Part shown: positions 40,303-50,194 of the stretch, piece after piece | Position numbering within the stretch: position 1 is the first letter of the stretch | Layout: each line of letters starts with the position of its first letter | From: Candidatus Marinacidobacterales bacterium | Lineage (GTDB): Bacteria > Acidobacteriota > Vicinamibacteria > Marinacidobacterales > DATDRI01 | Assembly: GCA_965219415.1 (NCBI GenBank) | Contig: CBDCNP010000002.1 | Coordinates: forward strand, 2,752,001 to 2,816,000 | DNA length: 64,000 nt | Reading direction: 5' to 3' | The notes under the pieces: generated by a model | What the model was told of the DNA's origin: nothing | What the model saw: only the letters and a program-made list of their open reading frames with translations | The model's database searches: none | Translations under genes and position numbers: made by a program

Positions 40303-41316
40303 TTGATCGAAGTCAATAATATTACAAAAAGATTTGGTCGAACGACCGCAGTCGATGATGTCAGCTTCCAGGTTCGCAAGGGAGAGATCCTGGGTTTTTT
40401 GGGTCCGAACGGGGCAGGAAAAACCACGACGATGCGGATTTTGACTTGTTTCATCCCGGCCACCGAAGGCTCGGCCTCTGTTGCCGGGTTCGACTGCTTC
40501 AAGGAGCCCATGAACGTCAAGAAACGCATCGGCTACCTACCAGAGACACCTCCCTTGTACCCGGAAATGACAGTCGTCGATTACTTGAACTTCGTGGCTC
40601 GCATCAAAGGAATCGCTGCGAATCTGCGCCGGGAGCGGGTGGAGAGCGCCATCGCCAAGTGCGCCATCGCCGATGTTCGAGATCAACAAAACGGTAGGTT
40701 GTCCAAAGGCTACCGGCAACGGGTTGGATTGGCGCAAGCACTCGTCCATGATCCCGAGGTGCTGGTTCTGGACGAGCCCACCGCAGGATTGGACCCGAGA
40801 CAGATCATCGAAACGAGGGAGCTCATCAAGGGTCTTTCCGGCGAGCACACCATCATACTTTCTACCCATATCCTTCCCGAGGTTTCCATGACCTGCGAAC
40901 GGGTCGTCATCATCAATCGCGGTCGGGTTGTCGCGGAGGATACGCCGGAGGGCTTGACCGCGCGCATGCGGGGAGCGGAGATACTGAGCCTCACCGTCGA
41001 CGGCCCGGAAGACGAGGTGCGAAACACGGTGAGCTCTTTATCGGGGGTGGTGCAGATCCAAGCCAAGAGGGCAAGTAATGGCGTCCACACCTTCGAGGTC
41101 GAAACCGCGAGCGGCCACGACATTCGCCGCGAGCTGGCACGAAGTATCGTGCAGGGGGGCTTTGGACTCCTCGAGCTCAAGCAGATGGGGATGAGCCTCG
41201 AGGACGTCTACCTGCAGCTCACCACCAGCGAAAAAGCCGATGCCGGCCCGCCCGAAGAAACCCACACCCCAAATGACAAGGCCGAGAAAGACGACCAAAC
41301 GGAGGAATCGCACTGA
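40303..41316 (+). CDS. ABC transporter ATP-binding protein (GldA-like)
   Basis: GPNGAGKTT, LSKGYRQR, LDEPT. Confidence 0.93.
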   Translation: MIEVNNITKRFGRTTAVDDVSFQVRKGEILGFLGPNGAGKTTTMRILTCFIPATEGSASVAGFDCFKEPMNVKKRIGYLPETPPLYPEMTVVDYLNFVARIKGIAANLRRERVESAIAKCAIADVRDQQNGRLSKGYRQRVGLAQALVHDPEVLVLDEPTAGLDPRQIIETRELIKGLSGEHTIILSTHILPEVSMTCERVVIINRGRVVAEDTPEGLTARMRGAEILSLTVDGPEDEVRNTVSSLSGVVQIQAKRASNGVHTFEVETASGHDIRRELARSIVQGGFGLLELKQMGMSLEDVYLQLTTSEKADAGPPEETHTPNDKAEKDDQTEESH

Positions 41317-42083
41317 TGAAGAACGTCTGGGCCATTTATAGAAGGGAGCTCTCTTCTTACTTCTCCTCATGGATTGCCTACGTGGTGCTGAGCCTCTTCT
41401 TGCTGATCTATGGTTACTTCTTCTACGACTACGTCTATCGATTCATCGACTTCGGCCTTCGCATGTCGCAGATGGGCGGTGGCGGAAGAACACTCAACGT
41501 CAACCAGGATTTGATCCGCTGGCTCTTCCACAGCACCAGCGTGGTCGTTCTCTTCATGATTCCCGGGCTCACCATGAGAAGCTTCGCCGAGGAAAAGCGC
41601 TCCGGCACCATGGAGCTTCTTCTAACCTCACCGATCACAGACTTCCAGCTCGTCCTTGGCAAGTTCCTCGCGGCCTGGACGCTTTACGCTACGATGCTGG
41701 GACTCACTTTCATTCACATGGGCATTCTCTTTTACTTCGGCGAACCGGAATGGAAACCAATCCTGGCCGGCTACCTAGGAATGCTGCTCTTGGGGGGCGC
41801 CTTCGTCTCGTTTGGTGTCCTCTTCAGCAGTTTTACGCGCAACCAGATCGTGGCCGTCTTTTTGTCCTTCAGTGTCTTCCTTTTCTTGTGGCTCATCGAG
41901 TACTCCGAAGCCTGGATGGGAGCGTGGGGGTCGGCGGCTGCCTACATGTCGGTGACCAAACACATTGGGGATTTCGCCAAGGGAGTCATCGACACCAAAG
42001 ACGTCGTCTACTACCTTTCCTTCATAGGCTTCGGACTCTTTCTCTCCACACAGTCGGTGGAGTCTCATCGGTGGAGGGGTTGA
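41316..42083 (+). CDS. ABC-2 permease (GldF-like)
   Basis: TMRSFAEEKRSGTMELLLTSP, KGVIDTKDVVYY. Confidence 0.9.
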   Translation: MKNVWAIYRRELSSYFSSWIAYVVLSLFLLIYGYFFYDYVYRFIDFGLRMSQMGGGGRTLNVNQDLIRWLFHSTSVVVLFMIPGLTMRSFAEEKRSGTMELLLTSPITDFQLVLGKFLAAWTLYATMLGLTFIHMGILFYFGEPEWKPILAGYLGMLLLGGAFVSFGVLFSSFTRNQIVAVFLSFSVFLFLWLIEYSEAWMGAWGSAAAYMSVTKHIGDFAKGVIDTKDVVYYLSFIGFGLFLSTQSVESHRWRG

Positions 42084-42084
42084 G

Positions 42085-43704
42085 ATGAAGCGCGTCATAC
42101 CGTACGTGGGATCGCTCGCCTGGGGAGTCCTCCTCGCTGGCCTGCTTATCCGGATGTTTCAGCCCGAACGAGAGAAACTCTGGTCGGCTTTCGTTCTGGC
42201 CGGTCTGGTGCTGGCCATCTTCTACCTCGGAACCCGGTGGCGAGACTTGCTCGTCCTCGCTCAAAAACGGGGCGCCCGATACGGCGCCAACTTGGGGCTC
42301 ATGATCCTGCTGGTCGCGGGACTCGTTGCCGGTATCAACTATCTGTCCAATCGTCACAACAAGCGCTGGGATCTCACGGGCTCCCAGCAATACACGCTGT
42401 CCGATCAAGCGGTCACCGTCCTCTCAAATCTCGACCGGGACCTCAAAGTCGTCATATTCGACCGTAAGGATAGCGCTCAAGTGGCACTCGATTTGTTGAC
42501 CGAGTTCGGCTACCACAGCAATCACATCTCCGTGGAGGTGGTCGATCAGGAGGCCGAGCCCGCCAAGACGTCCAAATACCGGACATCGACCGAGGCCAAC
42601 ATCCCCTTCGGAACCATCGTGCTCGACGCTGGAAACAAGGTCGAGAGGGTTACTTTCGCCACCGAGCAAGACCTCGTCAACGCCATCATCAAGGTCATCA
42701 AGGAGGAAAAGAAGAATATCTATTTCCTGGAGGGGCATGGAGAAAAAGACATCGATGACACCGAGATCGGAGTGTCGATCATCAAGACCAAGCTCGAGGA
42801 GTCGAACTACCAGGTGGCCAAGTTCCATCCCCTTCAATCGATGACGGAGGGGAAAATACAGTTCCCCGAAGATGCCACGGCTCTGATCATCGCCGGCCCG
42901 CAAAGAGATTATCTTCCAGCCGAGATCGATGCGTTGCGGGATTATCTGAACGCCGGGGGCAAGGTGCTCTTCCTGATCGATCCGGAAAACCAGGGTGAAA
43001 AGCCGAATCTGGTGGCGCTCCTCAAAGACTTCAACGTCGTGATGGAGAACAACGTGGTTATCGATGTCTCGGGGGTCGGCCAGCTCTTCGGTTTCGGCCC
43101 CGAGGTCCCGCTGGTCGCGAGCTACAGCGCGCATCCGATCACCGAAAAGTTCGCGAACGCTCCCACTGTCTACCCTTTCGTTCGCACCGTCGATTCTTCG
43201 GATTCCATGGCAGAAGGAATCACCGTCGACGCCTTGGTGAGCTCTTCCCCCAATAGTTGGGCGGAGGAGGATTTCGACGCCCTGGCCGAAGGGAGCGTCT
43301 CCGCCGACGACGGCGAACGTGAAGGGCCACTCGATCTTGCGGTCGCGATCACCATCGAAGTCGAAAAACCCTCTGAGCCCCCTGAGACTGACTCCGAGAA
43401 TGACCCCGCGGATGGCAGCAGCGATGCGGCCACGCCGCAAGGCCGCGCGGTGGTGGTGGGCGATTCGGACTTCATCGCCGACAGCTTGGTGGGAGCGCCG
43501 GTCGCGAACCTCGACCTCTTCATCAATATGGTGAACTGGATCGCCGAAGACGAAGACCTCATTTCCATCCGGCCCCGGGAGGCCGACGATCGGAGGATCT
43601 TCTTGAACGCCCAGCAGCAGAAAAACGTCGCCTACCTATCCCTCTTGTTCATTCCTGGATTGGTCTTGGTGGCAGGAATATCGGTTTGGTGGGGAAGAAG
43701 ATAA
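42085..43704 (+). CDS. GldG-like ABC auxiliary protein
   Basis: WDLT...YTLS, YFLEGHGE, VVVGDSDF. Confidence 0.88.
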   Translation: MKRVIPYVGSLAWGVLLAGLLIRMFQPEREKLWSAFVLAGLVLAIFYLGTRWRDLLVLAQKRGARYGANLGLMILLVAGLVAGINYLSNRHNKRWDLTGSQQYTLSDQAVTVLSNLDRDLKVVIFDRKDSAQVALDLLTEFGYHSNHISVEVVDQEAEPAKTSKYRTSTEANIPFGTIVLDAGNKVERVTFATEQDLVNAIIKVIKEEKKNIYFLEGHGEKDIDDTEIGVSIIKTKLEESNYQVAKFHPLQSMTEGKIQFPEDATALIIAGPQRDYLPAEIDALRDYLNAGGKVLFLIDPENQGEKPNLVALLKDFNVVMENNVVIDVSGVGQLFGFGPEVPLVASYSAHPITEKFANAPTVYPFVRTVDSSDSMAEGITVDALVSSSPNSWAEEDFDALAEGSVSADDGEREGPLDLAVAITIEVEKPSEPPETDSENDPADGSSDAATPQGRAVVVGDSDFIADSLVGAPVANLDLFINMVNWIAEDEDLISIRPREADDRRIFLNAQQQKNVAYLSLLFIPGLVLVAGISVWWGRR

Positions 43705-43705
43705 C

Positions 43706-45115
43706 ATGAGCCCCAAGACCACCATCTTGCTGGCCGTCATTTTCGCCGCACTGGCTGCATACATCTACCGCTACGAATGGGAGCCGGTCGAGACGGAGTC
43801 GAATCCCGATCGGGAAGCGATCTTCGAGATCGAAGCCGAGAAGATCCAGAGTATCCAAATCCGGAGGCAAGAGGGCGAGCACCTCCAGCTTGAACGTCGC
43901 GGCGAGGACGATTGGCAATTGTTGGCGCCGGTGGACGCCGCCGCCGACCGTACCGCCTCCGACTCGCTTGCGGAGAGCATCGCTACCCTCGAAAGTGAAC
44001 GGGTGATATCGGAGGGAGAAGCCAACCTGGCCGATTTCGGCCTAGACACCCCAAAGTTCGAGCTCGAATTTCAAGAAGTGGACGCGGAAACGACCACGAC
44101 GATTCACATCGGCGACGAGACTCCTATCGGTAGCAATCTCTACGCCCGGTTGGCCGACGGCGAGAAGATCTTCGTGATCGCCTCGAGCAAGGAATACGGC
44201 CTGAACAAAAAGGCTTGGGACCTCCGCGACAAGTCTCTTTTTCGATTCGAGCGCGACGAAGTGGAGAAGGTCATCCTGAAGCAAGCGGGTCGAGAGATCG
44301 TCCTGGCAAAAGCGGGTGGGGACTTTTGGAATATCGTGGAACCCACATTTTCTCGAGCCGATCGCTACAAGGCCGGCGGGTTGGTCTCCAAGTTAGAAAC
44401 GGCGAAGATGGAGGAGATCATCTCCGAGGCAGTCGAAGAATGGAGCGAATACGGCCTCGACGCACCCAGCTACCAGGTCGAGGTTCGGCTCGAGGGTGGC
44501 CTCACCGAAACCCTTCTCGTTGGCAAGGAGAAGGACAGCCGTTACTACGCACGCAACCCGGACCGTCCCATGGCTTACTTGATCGCATCGAGGCTAGTCG
44601 ACGACATCAAGAAGGAACCAGGCGAATACGTTTCTAAAAAACTCTTCGATTTCGCCACCTACCAAGTCAACAAGTTCCAGATTTCTTCGCCCGAGGGGCC
44701 GGACCGAATCGTCGAGAAGTTCAAGCAGGACGAACAGGACGTTTGGAAAGAGACCGCTCCCGAGCCTCAAGATCTAGACCGCACCAAGGTCGAAGACCTG
44801 CTCTATAAACTCAACGGAAGCGAGGCCGAGGAGACGCTCGCCGAGGGGCCGGGAGCAAGCCCGCCCGACTACACCATTACCGTATGGTCGAAGGACAGTA
44901 AGCAAGTCGAAGAAGTCGCGGTCGCGATATCGGAAGCCGACACAATCTACGCGCGTCGCAAGGGAGACGAGCTCGCCTTGAAGCTCAACCCCTCGAGCTG
45001 GGAAGAGATCGAAAAGCTAATGGCCTTCGAGGAGGAAGCCCCGCCGCCTGACGGGCCTGACCGGCATGACGGGAAAGACGACGAAAACGAGGATAAACAA
45101 GAGAGCGATCAGTAA
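43706..45115 (+). CDS. DUF4340 domain protein
   Basis: N-terminal TM, repeated (F/Y)GLD-P modules, LRDKSL; follows gldG-like gene. Confidence 0.8.
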   Translation: MSPKTTILLAVIFAALAAYIYRYEWEPVETESNPDREAIFEIEAEKIQSIQIRRQEGEHLQLERRGEDDWQLLAPVDAAADRTASDSLAESIATLESERVISEGEANLADFGLDTPKFELEFQEVDAETTTTIHIGDETPIGSNLYARLADGEKIFVIASSKEYGLNKKAWDLRDKSLFRFERDEVEKVILKQAGREIVLAKAGGDFWNIVEPTFSRADRYKAGGLVSKLETAKMEEIISEAVEEWSEYGLDAPSYQVEVRLEGGLTETLLVGKEKDSRYYARNPDRPMAYLIASRLVDDIKKEPGEYVSKKLFDFATYQVNKFQISSPEGPDRIVEKFKQDEQDVWKETAPEPQDLDRTKVEDLLYKLNGSEAEETLAEGPGASPPDYTITVWSKDSKQVEEVAVAISEADTIYARRKGDELALKLNPSSWEEIEKLMAFEEEAPPPDGPDRHDGKDDENEDKQESDQ

Positions 45116-45119
45116 TCGT

Positions 45120-45947
45120 TCAGTCCTCTTCGTAGAGGTCTTTAGCCCGGTCGGCCGCTTTGACCACCGCCTTGATCAACGTGACCCGCAACTTCCCTTC
45201 TTCCAGCTCCAGGATTCCGTCGATCGTACAACCCGCCGGGGTGGTTACCGCATCCTTGAGTAAAGCGGGGTGATCTCCGGTCTCCAGAACCTGCCGCGCC
45301 GACCCAAGCATCGTTTGCGCCGCCAGTAGGGTGGCAACCTCCCGTGGAAGTCCCAGCTTGACGCCAGCCTCCGCCAAGGACTCGAGAATGACATAGATGA
45401 ATGCCGGTCCACTCGCCGAAAGCCCGGTTACCGCGTCCAAGTGCTTTTCGTCGATCCTGGCGGCTCTTCCCACGGTATTGAAGATCCGCTCGCTGAGCTC
45501 GAGATGACGTGGCTCCGCAAACCGCCCGCGAGAGATCGCGGTCATTCCTTCCCCTACAGAGCAGGGCGTGTTAGGCATGGCGCGAACGACCGGGATATCG
45601 GCCGACAAGAATTTCTCGATGCTTCGTGTAGGCACCGAGGCGGCCACCGACACCACCAGCTTCGAGGCATCCACCTCTGGTCGGATGTCCTCACACACTT
45701 CGGGAACGGTCTGTGGCTTGACGCAGATCAAGACGATATCGGCGTTTCTCGCCGCGGCGCGATTTTCGGTCCCAACGTCGATACCCAATTCATCGGAGAG
45801 CCGCTTGGCCCGTTCCGCGTGCCGGACGGTGGCTACCGTGTTTTTCGGCAAGAACAGCTTCTGCTTCAGTAGCGCCTGGAGCAGGATGCCGCCCATCTTG
45901 CCGAGCCCCAAAATGGCGATTCTTCTCTTGGACAGGTCTTCTACCAC
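45120..45947 (-). CDS. proC: Pyrroline-5-carboxylate reductase
   Basis: GLGKMG, RAMPNTP, SGPAF, VTTPAGCT. Confidence 0.95.
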   Translation of the reverse strand: MVEDLSKRRIAILGLGKMGGILLQALLKQKLFLPKNTVATVRHAERAKRLSDELGIDVGTENRAAARNADIVLICVKPQTVPEVCEDIRPEVDASKLVVSVAASVPTRSIEKFLSADIPVVRAMPNTPCSVGEGMTAISRGRFAEPRHLELSERIFNTVGRAARIDEKHLDAVTGLSASGPAFIYVILESLAEAGVKLGLPREVATLLAAQTMLGSARQVLETGDHPALLKDAVTTPAGCTIDGILELEEGKLRVTLIKAVVKAADRAKDLYEED

Positions 45948-45953
45948 GTTCCC

Positions 45954-47132
45954 TCAGTCCTTTCTGTCTACCAGAGTAGCTCGATTCACCGCTCGATCGC
46001 CAAATCGCTGCTGGATCGAGTCCATCGACACATTCAACCGCCGCCTCTTCTCATCCGGCTCGAACAAGCGTAGCTGTCGAGGAGCCGCATGTAGATCTTG
46101 AAGCCTAGAGCCATAGATACCCAGGAGACGAACCTTGTGGTCTCGAGAGCGCACGCGACCCAAGAGCTGAAGTGCGATGCGGAAGATCTCACTCGCATCG
46201 TCTGTCGGATCGGGCAACGTCGAACTCCGGGTCTCGGTCACGAAATCTTCGTCTCGGAATTTGAGCGTCAAGCCTCCTGCGAGAAGCTCCTGCTTGCGCA
46301 GTCGGCGAGCTACCGCTTCCGACAACTCCAACAGGGTCTGCCGTACCTTCTTCGGGTCATTGGTATCTTCCTCGAATGTCCTCTCTTGGCCGAGCGACTT
46401 CCATTCGTGCTCGGGCTGAACCGGACGGTCGTCGATCCCGTGGGCCAGACTATGAAGATGGCGACCGTGCTTCCCGAAACGCTCGTCGAGCTCGGCAAAA
46501 GACAGACGGGCGATGTCCCGGATCTTGTACAGACCCAGTTTGTGAAGCTCCTCGGCGGTTCGCGGGCCCACCCCCCACAAGCGCTCGACCGGAAGGTCTC
46601 TGAGGAAATCCTCTTCCTGTCCGGGCTCGACCTCCACCAGACCGTCTGGTTTCTCCAAGTCGGATGCGATCTTGGCGAGAAACTTGTTCGGTGCGATTCC
46701 GACGGATGCGTTGAGTCTCTCTTGTTCTCGAATGCGCCTTTTTATCTCGACAGCGAGCTGCCGACGCTCCCCGAACAACCCCGTGCTTCCGGTTACGTCG
46801 AGAAACGCTTCGTCGATCGAGATCTGTTCCACGAGATCAGTAAATCCCTTGAGCAGCTCCATGATCCGACGGGAGACTTCCGCGTACTTGCGCATATTGC
46901 CTCGCAAGTAAATAGCTTGCGGGCACCTTCGGTAGGCTCGAGAAATCGGCATCGCGGAATGCAGTCCGAACTCGCGCGCTTCGTACGACGCCGCCGCTAC
47001 GACACCACGGCCTCGCCCACCACGAGGGTTGGCGCCCACCACGACCGGCTTGCCTTGGTATTCCGGATGGTCCCTCTGTTCCACCGACGCGTAGAACGCA
47101 TCCATGTCCAAGTGGAGGATGATGCGTGACAT
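45954..47132 (-). CDS. dinB: DNA polymerase IV
   Basis: HLDMDAFYASVE, SYEAR, SIDEAFLD, KPDG. Confidence 0.95.
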   Translation of the reverse strand: MSRIILHLDMDAFYASVEQRDHPEYQGKPVVVGANPRGGRGRGVVAAASYEAREFGLHSAMPISRAYRRCPQAIYLRGNMRKYAEVSRRIMELLKGFTDLVEQISIDEAFLDVTGSTGLFGERRQLAVEIKRRIREQERLNASVGIAPNKFLAKIASDLEKPDGLVEVEPGQEEDFLRDLPVERLWGVGPRTAEELHKLGLYKIRDIARLSFAELDERFGKHGRHLHSLAHGIDDRPVQPEHEWKSLGQERTFEEDTNDPKKVRQTLLELSEAVARRLRKQELLAGGLTLKFRDEDFVTETRSSTLPDPTDDASEIFRIALQLLGRVRSRDHKVRLLGIYGSRLQDLHAAPRQLRLFEPDEKRRRLNVSMDSIQQRFGDRAVNRATLVDRKD

Positions 47133-47171
47133 GGTCGAATCTCTGATGTGAGAGGCGGTGCCGGCCCGCCC

Positions 47172-47714
47172 CTATTTTTCTCCGGGTAGATACTTCCCGG
47201 GGATAGGTTTTTCTGGACTCTCGTTGACCCAGAAGATCGTAACGATCCACCAGCGATCGCCGTCCTTCAGAAGCTGAATGCTATTGATGCCGCGGCCGAC
47301 ATCCTCAGCGGGGGATCGGCGAGTCTCGTAGGTGCTGAACGCGTGGGTGATGTTTCCGAAACTCTCGGTGGTGCGGGCGACCTCGCTCTCGTAGAAAGCG
47401 TTCTCTTTGAAGTACCGACCAGAACCTTGAATGTAACCCTCGACCGTCGACACCCTCGCCTCGGCACCTCCGCCTTCTGTGCCACGGGTCGGAATGAGTC
47501 GGGCGTCCGGTGCAAAAAGAGAACGGGACCGATCCCAATCTCGATCCCCCGCCGGGCCAGAGATCACTTCATAGAGCGTCTCGATAATGGCGTCGATCGA
47601 AACGACATCGTCGGCGCGAGCGTCAGGAGGCTCCGCGTTCTCCTGTGCGAGAGACATGGGAGAGAGCAACGTACACGAGACGACAAAGGCGATTCCAAGC
47701 TGACAGTTCTTCAA
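47172..47714 (-). CDS. Secreted NTF2-like hypothetical protein
   Basis: TTG start after AAGGAG; signal peptide; LYEVISGPAG...RGINSIQL...RWWIVTIFW. Confidence 0.75.
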   Translation of the reverse strand: MKNCQLGIAFVVSCTLLSPMSLAQENAEPPDARADDVVSIDAIIETLYEVISGPAGDRDWDRSRSLFAPDARLIPTRGTEGGGAEARVSTVEGYIQGSGRYFKENAFYESEVARTTESFGNITHAFSTYETRRSPAEDVGRGINSIQLLKDGDRWWIVTIFWVNESPEKPIPGKYLPGEK

Positions 47715-47754
47715 TTGGGAACTCCTTTTTCTTCCTCCCCGTAGAAAGGCGGAG

Positions 47755-48108
47755 TCAGTGACCCAGCTTCCTACAGTAGCCGCTGTTGTAGCAAGGTCGA
47801 TGCGGCTCGATAAGGCAGGGTTTCTGGAGCGGGAGGTCCATGTCCTCGTAGCAATCTGAGACCGCGGGGCCTTGGGCGATGGCGAGTTGCGAGGGATGGA
47901 CGGAGAGTTGGCTTGGTCCAGTCTCCCTCTCCCTTCCGCCTTCGCTAAAAGCTTCGGCGGACCCGCCGAAGTCGTTGGGACGGACACGGACGGAGGCGGG
48001 CCGGGAAAGGGGGCGAGCACCGGACGTCGGGCCGAGGCCCAATTTTTGCTCGAGCGCTTGCCGCACCAACGCACGGACCCTGTTGGGGTCGACGGAGCCG
48101 GAGCTCAT
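47755..48108 (-). CDS. Small BMC-associated protein with N-terminal amphipathic helix and C-terminal Cys/His motif
   Basis: RVRALVRQALEQKL; CLIEPHRPCYNSGYCRKLGH; ATGA-coupled to the upstream BMC-P gene. Confidence 0.75.
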   Translation of the reverse strand: MSSGSVDPNRVRALVRQALEQKLGLGPTSGARPLSRPASVRVRPNDFGGSAEAFSEGGRERETGPSQLSVHPSQLAIAQGPAVSDCYEDMDLPLQKPCLIEPHRPCYNSGYCRKLGH

Positions 48109-48374
48109 CCTAGATCCACGCTGTCGACCACGCCGACGATGGCGGCATCCACCGGCCCTGACGAGCGTCCCAACGCCTTGCCCGCGGCACGGCCTTCCAT
48201 GACGACGAGTACGCGGTCACCAACTCCTGCGTCCACCGAATCGATGGCCAACAATCGTCTCCCTTGTGGCGTACCCTCGAGATCGAGAGGTTGAACGAGG
48301 AGCAGCTTCCTTCCTTCCATCTTATAGTGCTTCACAGTGGAAACCACCGTACCCACCACCTCACCGATAATCAC
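48105..48374 (-). CDS. BMC vertex protein (EutN/CcmL, BMC-P)
   Basis: GEVVGTVVSTVK, DSVDAGVGD, DAAIVGVVD. Confidence 0.93.
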   Translation of the reverse strand: MIIGEVVGTVVSTVKHYKMEGRKLLLVQPLDLEGTPQGRRLLAIDSVDAGVGDRVLVVMEGRAAGKALGRSSGPVDAAIVGVVDSVDLG

Positions 48375-48638
48375 TCACGAGTCCTCACGGTCCACCTTAC
48401 CCACGATCCCCACATCGGCGGGCACCTTGGAAGGAAGAAAAAGGAAGGAGGCTTCTTTGCCCCTCACGCAGAATACTTCTTCTCCGACCCCGACCCCGAC
48501 TCCGTCGAGCGCGATCAACGGCTCCCCTTCGGGAGCACCTTTCCCGCCGAGAGGTTGAACGATAAGAAGCTTGTGGGAGACGAGGCCGGCGTCTTTCATG
48601 GTGGCCACGACGTTGCCGATGACCTTGGCCACGAACAT
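48375..48638 (-). CDS. BMC vertex protein (EutN/CcmL, BMC-P)
   Basis: KVIGNVVATMK, DGVGVGVGE, DVGIVGKVD. Confidence 0.92.
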   Translation of the reverse strand: MFVAKVIGNVVATMKDAGLVSHKLLIVQPLGGKGAPEGEPLIALDGVGVGVGEEVFCVRGKEASFLFLPSKVPADVGIVGKVDREDS

Positions 48639-48648
48639 AGCCTTCGTC

Positions 48649-48951
48649 TCAGTTCGACTGCGCGTGAGCCCCCGCCAGGGCGGCCGAGGCCAGCTCGATG
48701 GAGTCGATGATCCCCACCACTGCAGCGTCTACCGGCCGGTCCGTACAGCCCGTCGACATCCTCGCCGAACTGCCCGAGACCAGGAGCACCAGCTCGCCTA
48801 CACCAGCGTCCACGGTGTCCACGGCAACAACGTAGGAGTTTTTTTTCGCGCCGTCGGGCCCCACTGCCCGTACGACGAGGAGCTTGAACCCCTCCAGCTG
48901 CTCGTCCTTTCGGGTGGCTACGACCGTACCCACCACTCTACCCAGCGTCAT
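48649..48951 (-). CDS. BMC vertex protein (EutN/CcmL, BMC-P)
   Basis: GRVVGTVVATRK, DTVDAGVGE, GSSAR, DAAVVGIID. Confidence 0.94.
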   Translation of the reverse strand: MTLGRVVGTVVATRKDEQLEGFKLLVVRAVGPDGAKKNSYVVAVDTVDAGVGELVLLVSGSSARMSTGCTDRPVDAAVVGIIDSIELASAALAGAHAQSN

Positions 48952-48977
48952 CGATTGAGCTCGTTATGCCTCGCAGG

Positions 48978-49277
48978 CTAAGACTTGGTGCTCTTTCCGA
49001 TCGGCAGGGCGTCCTCCAGGCTGGAATGAGGCCTCGGAATCACATGCACCGATATGAGCTCGCCGACCCGGCGGGCCGCTGCCGCTCCGGCGTCGGTTGC
49101 CGCTTTGCAGGCCGCCACGTCGCCTCGCACGAGTGCGGTGACATATCCGGCTCCAATCTTCTCGTAGCCAACGAGGGTGACTTTGGCCGCCTTGACCATG
49201 GCGTCGGACGCCTCGATCATCGCCACTAGTCCTCTGGTCTCGATCATTCCCAGCGCTTCACCTAAGGGTTCCGCCAT
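48978..49277 (-). CDS. BMC hexamer shell protein (EutM/PduA-like, BMC-H)
   Basis: [29 protein letters not shown]. Confidence 0.96.
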   Translation of the reverse strand: MAEPLGEALGMIETRGLVAMIEASDAMVKAAKVTLVGYEKIGAGYVTALVRGDVAACKAATDAGAAAARRVGELISVHVIPRPHSSLEDALPIGKSTKS

Positions 49278-49372
49278 GATTCCTCCCTAATCCTCCTCGG
49301 TAGTATTGCCCAATTTAGTTTTGTCGTGTTCTTGTAACACAGTTCCCATTCGTTCCGTAATCGTTTGCCCGG

Positions 49373-50194
49373 CTACGCGGTGCGGGCACCTCCGACGGCT
49401 CGAATCGCGTCGGAGATCAACGTCACCAGCTCGTCTCGCGACAGTTGGATCATTTCGTTGCCATCCACGCCCGCGGCCGCACCAGCGGTGGTACTGAAGG
49501 AACCGGCCCCCTCGGCCGGGACAGGACACGCCTCTCCTCCCGGCGGCCCTTCGAGCTTGTAGACTCCCTTGCGAAGGGAGAGCAGACGCGACACCTCGGA
49601 CTGTGGAAGCAACCTCTCTCCCCCTAACAATCTCGACATGAAACTGATCTCGGCGAAATGCTCCACAACCTCCATCTTGTAGTAGGCGTCGAGAATCTCT
49701 TTACCCACGGTCAAGGCGCCATGGTTCGACAACAGGAGGCCGTCACTGGTTCGTATCAGGCGATCCACGGAATCGGCCAGCTCCTTCGTGGAAGGCGTGC
49801 CGTACTCCGCCAGGGGAACGCAGCCCAAAGTGACGATGACTTCGGCGAGCACGGCGCGATTGAGGGGGACTCCCGCAACCGCGAACGCAGTCGACTTCGG
49901 TGGATGAGCGTGAACCACCGCCCGGACGTCCGGGCGCGCTCGGTAAACCGTTAGGTGCATCTCGATCTCGGTGGAGACACGCAGCGCTCCATCGATCCGC
50001 TTGCCCGAAAAATCACAGGAGACGATCATGTCCGGTGTGAGGTAGCCCTTACACGCTCCCGCCGGCGTCGACAGAACTTCTTCTTCCGAAAGCCGAATGC
50101 TGACGTTCCCCTCCATCGCCGCTATGTAGCCATGTTGGTACAGACGACGACCCACCTCACAGATATCTTCTTTGAGCTCTTCGCGTCGCTTCAC
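49373..50194 (-). CDS. Class II aldolase/adducin family protein with C-terminal candidate encapsulation peptide
   Basis: EGNVS, STEIEMH, VVHAHPP, LSNHG; linker then RDELVTLISDAIRAV; GTGA overlap with upstream gene. Confidence 0.92.
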   Translation of the reverse strand: MKRREELKEDICEVGRRLYQHGYIAAMEGNVSIRLSEEEVLSTPAGACKGYLTPDMIVSCDFSGKRIDGALRVSTEIEMHLTVYRARPDVRAVVHAHPPKSTAFAVAGVPLNRAVLAEVIVTLGCVPLAEYGTPSTKELADSVDRLIRTSDGLLLSNHGALTVGKEILDAYYKMEVVEHFAEISFMSRLLGGERLLPQSEVSRLLSLRKGVYKLEGPPGGEACPVPAEGAGSFSTTAGAAAGVDGNEMIQLSRDELVTLISDAIRAVGGARTA

